NCBI RefSeq assembly: GCF_006345805.1
Contig: NW_021835308.1
Span: forward strand, 1 to 40,862
Length of the DNA stretch: 40,862 nucleotides
Reading direction: 5' to 3'
Source: Octopus sinensis
Taxonomy: Eukaryota
Below, piece by piece: positions 36,271 to 40,862 of this stretch; position 1 is the first letter of the stretch, and each line of letters starts with the position of its first letter. The notes below the pieces were generated by a model. It had not been told where the DNA came from, made no database searches, and saw nothing but the letters and a program-made list of their open reading frames with translations. The translations under genes and the position numbers were made by a program.

Positions 36271-36660
36271 GGCGCAGGAGTGGCTGTGTGGTAAGTAGCT
36301 TGCTAACCAACCACATGGTTCCGGGTTCAGTCCCACTGCGTGGCATCTTGGGCAAGTGTCTTCTGCTGCAGCCCCGGGCCGACCAATGCCTTGTGAGTGG
36401 ATTTGGTAGACAGAAACTGAAAGAAGCCTGTCGTATATATGTATATATATATATATGTGTGTCTGTGTTTGTCCCCCTAGCATTGCTTGACAGCCGATGC
36501 TGGTGTGTTTACGTCCCCGTCACTTAGCGGTTCGGCAAAAGAGACCGATAGAATAAGTACTAGGCTTACAAAGAATAAGTCCCGGGGTCGATTTGCTCGA
36601 CTAAAGGCGGTGCTCCAGCATGGCCGCAGTCAAATGACTGAAACAAGTAAAAAGAGAAAA
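36271..36660 (+). mobile_element. SINE family 1, full length, well preserved
   Basis: A-box TGGCTGTGTGG, B-box GGTTCAGTCCC, internal (TA)n, 3' tail ggcggtgctccagcatggccgcagtcaaatgactgaaacaag. Confidence 0.92.
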
Positions 36661-36666
36661 AAAGAA

Positions 36667-36700
<34 letters not shown>

Positions 36701-36703
<3 letters not shown>

Positions 36704-37590
36704 TAGAAATTAAATATAAAATATAAATTACAAAGTGGGACAAGAACGCAAAAACACACGAAGAGACGACACAAAAAAAAACAGACGGGTCACTCGAAGC
36801 CTCTAATCTTCAGTCGGGAACCGGATCATCTTAGTAATTTCGGCTGTTTAATCTCGATATTACTCCGACCCGGCCAGCCCCAAGGAAAAACCAAGCCACA
36901 GGCATTGGATTTCTTGGAAAGAGGGTCGAATGTATACGGAACAAAGACAGGATGCCACACGAATGTAAATACAAGAAACAAAAATATATATAAAAAACAG
37001 AAATAAAAAACACGAATGGTGGACAGTACAAGGACAGGAGCGTCTTACGACTTTAGACAATTTTTAACTTATCTTGGCTGGCGTATATGAAAAAAGCCTT
37101 CAACGGCAAAAACGAAAACAACGTGAGCGTGGCCGCGGTCAGGCCGAAATGACCAGTTTGAACGCGGTCACGTGAGAACACGGAAGAAAGAGAAAGAAAA
37201 AAGAAAGGCAGGGAGCAAGGAATCAAAGAGAGAGGGAAAGAACGGGACGAAGGCACCAGGGGAGAGAGAGAGAGAGAGAAGGGAGTAATAAGAGAGGGGA
37301 GAAGAAACAGGATTGGCACAGCAATAGAAATGACGGTGCAAATAAGGTGGGGGAAGAATCAGAGGCAAGAAAAGAGAAAGACACATACTATAGAGAGAGT
37401 GTGTAAAGACCTCGTACAAGGTAAAAATGTGTGGTATACATAGGAGATAGGGATACGTAACGCCGCAATAATATATGTATAGAAATTAAATATAAAATAT
37501 AAATTACAAAGTGGGACAAGAACGCAAAAACACACAAGGAGACGACGCCAAAAAACAGACGGGTCACTCGAAGCCTCTAATCTTCAGTCG
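36701..37590. mobile_element. Non-coding element bounded by ~115-bp direct repeats (pLTR-like)
   Basis: 36701-36816 is nearly identical to 37477-37590; no TG..CA ends, PBS or ORF. Confidence 0.65.
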
Positions 37591-37770
37591 GAGGGAGAGT
37601 TTACAAAAAAACAAGAGATGAAGACAGTTGGTGTACAAAACAAACAGATGTATTAGTATAACGCTCAGGAATAGAAAAAGTATTTTACGTTTCGAGACTA
37701 TGCTCTTCTACAGAAAGGGACACAGAAAAAACGAGGATAGAAACAAGGAGAGAAAAACAACAGAGAAACA
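37590..37770 (-). mobile_element. Short PLE-type repeat with degenerate minimal hammerhead (37683-37716)
   Basis: Minus strand uuu-CUGuAGA-A-GAG(cauagu)CUC-GAAAC-GUA-aaa; one core mismatch (A6). Confidence 0.55.
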
Positions 37771-37784
37771 AAATGTGTGTAGTG

Positions 37785-38123
37785 GCTGCCAAATTTTGGC
37801 ATTGAAAGCTATGCCAATGCCAGAACGGGACGACACTGCATATTGCCAAAGATCCGAGCAAAGCCATCGCACTTCAGGGACAGTTACTGCAACAGCCTCC
37901 ACAAAGTAGATGTAGAGGATTTTAAATCAAAGCTGGACCTCTTCCTGTCGTGAGTCTCAGATGAACCTACCTCATGGCTACAGGTGCAACTGAGGGTAGC
38001 TATATCAAAGTCCATTCTTCACCAAGTGCCACATATTAGAGGAGGCTCTTAGTAATAACAGTGTAGCAAAACGGCGATGTATCAGCATGGCCGCAGCTCT
38101 GAGCTGAAACTAGAGAGAAAAAA
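37785..38123 (+). mobile_element. CR1/L2-like LINE 3' end with intact 3' tail
   Basis: PNFGIESYANARTGRHCILPKI..RDSYCNSL..HKVDVEDFKSKLDLFLS*VSDEP..SILHQVPHI, then the tail ggcgatgtatcagcatggccgcagctctgagctgaaactag. Confidence 0.75.
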
Positions 38124-38128
38124 TACGT

Positions 38129-38226
<98 letters not shown>

Positions 38227-38437
38227 TATATATATATAAATTAATAATAAATATTAGGGAATAAATCCAAACTTACAGGGAAAAATCAGATTTAGGATTG
38301 AATCCAATTTTATAGTAAAATATTATATTATATTAAATTAGAGACAAACCACTATTAGGCAAATCACTCATATGTATTGGCTTAAGTTTTTCATTGTTTG
38401 ATTTGCCTAATAGTGGTTTTGTCTCTAATTTAATTTA

Positions 38438-38496
<59 letters not shown>

Positions 38497-38536
38497 ATAT
38501 GTGTGTGTGTGTGTATAATGTAACTACACGTGAACT

Positions 38537-38660
38537 GTTTCCGAAAAAGAGCTATACTTGAAACATAAAACAACCACTCTTTCTTTCTCTGAGCGTCTTA
38601 ACAATACTTTGTATGCGTTACCTCTTCGTGTCGTTGTTTTTTCTTGTCCTTTTTCGCCGT
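38537..38660 (+). mobile_element. Short PLE-type repeat with decayed minimal hammerhead (38537-38571)
   Basis: guuu-CcGAAaA-A-GAGC(uaua)CUu-GAAAC-aUA-aaac; stem I guuu/aaac retained. Confidence 0.45.
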
Positions 38661-38689
38661 TGTTTTAATTAATTATATATATAATATAT

Positions 38690-38784
38690 GCGTGGCATCT
38701 TGGGCAAGTGTCTTCTGCTATAGCCCCGGGCCGACCAATGCCTTGTGTGTGGATTTGGTAGACGGAAACTGAAAGAAGCCTGTC

Positions 38785-38825
<41 letters not shown>

Positions 38826-39055
38826 GGGGATGTGTGTTTATATGTTTGTGTGTCTGTGTTTGTGCCCCTAACATTGCTTGACAACCGATGCTGGTGTGTT
38901 TACGTCCCCGTCACTTAGCGGTTCGGCAAATGAGACCGATAGAATAAGTACTGGGCTTACAAAGAATAAGTCCTGGGCTCGATTTGCTCTACTAAAGGCG
39001 GTGCTCCAGCATGGCCGCAGTCAAATGACTGAAATAAGTAAAAGAAAGAAAAGAA
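38690..39055 (+). mobile_element. SINE family 1, 5' part missing
   Basis: Starts at gcgtggcatcttgggcaag and is colinear with 36338-36660. Confidence 0.9.
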
Positions 39056-39099
39056 AAGAAAGAAATAACTATATATGTATATAATTGCATATATTTATA

Positions 39100-39148
<49 letters not shown>

Positions 39149-39778
39149 CATATATATATATAACTATATACACACGTTTATGTCTATTGCATTTGCCCGT
39201 CATTGACGATATATAACAAGCGGTACCGCATAACTCAAACCGCTGTTTTTGAAGAATATCCTATCATATCCAGTACGTTTCATAATAAATTTAATAAAGT
39301 CATTTTGAAATGATTTTGAGAGGAAAACATGATTTCGTGCATGTAAATACAATATATACTAGAATCAACTATGAAATTATATATAATAACATGTTTCTCA
39401 CCCAGGGAGGAAAATAAAGTAAATTTACTACAGATCAAAAGAAATAGCGTACATCGGTAATCTGTAAATGTTGGTGCATGTACGCAAAGGGAAAAAAATA
39501 TTGGAGAAAATTCCACAAAGCAAAGAGTAAAGAACAATAAATGTGAATGAATTATTGTACAAGTAGCGTATATATAGGCAAAGAAGGTAAATATGTTATT
39601 AATATGAAATATCAGGGGAAACAATTGAAGATTTCTGATAGAAACTGCTATTTCTGTGAATTGCATAGGCCGCATCTTTTCTTTATTTGCGCTCCCTGCT
39701 ACACTAAATATGGTGCATGGAGCTGTTTTTCTCATGACGTAGCATAAAATATTTAGGGAAGGAGAGAAAGAAAGAATT

Positions 39779-39826
<48 letters not shown>

Positions 39827-39952
39827 CAGAGAGAGAGACAGAGAGAGAGACAGAGGAGGCTTGAGAGAGAGAGAAGAAAGAGAAAAAACCGACACCAGCC
39901 TGGCACTATATTTTTCCATCGTTGATAATCTTTTCTGCTCTAGGCGAGGGAG

Positions 39953-40530
39953 GGGGTCAGTCGATTATATCGACCCCAGTACGCATCTGGTACTTAATTT
40001 ATCGACCCAGAAAGGATGAAAGGCAAAGTCGACCTCGGCGGAATTTGAACTCAGAACGTTAAGACAGACAAAATACATATTTCTTTACAACTCACAAGGG
40101 GCTAAACGTAGAGTGGACAAACAAGGACAGACAAAGGGATTAAGTCGGTTACATCGCCCCCAGTGCGTAACTGGTACTTAATTTATCGACCCCGAAAGGA
40201 TGGAAGGCAAAGTCGACCTCGGAACTTACAACGTAACAGTAGGCGAAATACCGCTAAGCATTTCGACCGGTGTGCTAACGTTTCTTATTTCCTTACTGCC
40301 CAGAAGGGGCTACACACAGAGGGGACAAACAAGAACAGACAAACGGATTAAGTCGATTACATCGACCCCAGTGCGTAACTGGTACTTAATTTATCGACGC
40401 CGAAAGGATGAAAGTCAAAGTCGACCTCGGCGGAATTTATACTCAGAACGTAGCGGTAGAGACGAGATACCACAAAGCATTTCACCCGGCGTGCTAACGA
40501 TTCTCCCAGCTCGCCGCCCTTTTCCACCGC
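39953..40530 (-). mobile_element. Three head-to-tail SINE family 3 units
   Basis: Core agtcg.tta.atcg.ccccagt.cg.a.ctggtacttaatttatcgac.c.gaaaggatg.aag.caaagtcgacctcgg repeated near 39958, 40143 and 40351. Confidence 0.85.
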
Positions 40531-40862
40531 TGACAATGTAGGCAAGCTGAGATCGGCGAGACCTAACAATACGACGATGTTACCTGTAAAAGAGCATTTG
40601 TTTATATGATCTACCGAAATACGAAAAAAATACGACATGCAAGATTAAAAGGATGTTGACGACTCGAGCCATCGCCCAGTAGTTAACAAGCAAATGCCGT
40701 TCTTCCTTTCCTCAGTTTTATGGATTACGTGTGACGAAGGAGGAGATATGGTGAGAAGTTAACTTTAATCTATCGTTGACTTTTATGATTTAGGTCGACA
40801 AATTTTAAGCTGATAAATTAACCGTTTTTAAGATGTTCTTTGGGTAACACGTCTCACTTTTA

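Noticed and set aside
36785-36816. Hammerhead in the direct repeats at 36701 and 37477
   Set aside because: CUGAAGA is present, but it is followed by GAGU instead of GAAA and stem I cannot form.
39280-39747. 151-aa hydrophobic minus-strand ORF and a 66-aa plus-strand ORF with CxxC..H..CxxC
   Set aside because: The F/I/L-rich composition is the expected antisense readout of A-rich DNA; the Cys spacing fits no finger I can name and there is no splice support.
39953-40530. Repeat-spacer-repeat pattern superficially like a CRISPR array
   Set aside because: Repeats are ~75+ bp SINE cores with homologous spacers, in eukaryotic DNA with no cas genes.

Overview
AT-rich eukaryotic genomic DNA saturated with microsatellites and transposable elements. 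It is most likely intronic or intergenic DNA of an octopus/cephalopod, inferred only from the SINE families and repeat style. No host gene can be assembled with confidence: there are only a few weak candidate exons, and nearly all long ORFs in the track are microsatellite artefacts. Recognisable content: (1) four same-orientation, 5'-truncated copies of an L1/Tx1-type LINE, each flanked on both sides by (TATC)n tracts, three of them stacked head-to-tail at 12.7-15.3 kb; (2) a Penelope-like (PLE) RT + GIY-YIG relic, plus several short non-coding elements carrying hammerhead-ribozyme (HHR) motifs, including a 2.75-kb unit bounded by a perfect 102-bp inverted repeat whose arms each fold into a type I hammerhead; (3) a three-level nest of mariner > Ty3/Gypsy LTR element lacking RT/RNaseH > two SINEs; (4) 3' fragments of RTE, CR1/L2-like and RLE (R4/Dong-like) LINEs; (5) at least four tRNA-derived SINE families, one sharing a hairpin-forming 3' tail with the CR1-like LINE; (6) a MITE-like foldback. 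All alignments, counts and folds were done by eye and need computational confirmation.
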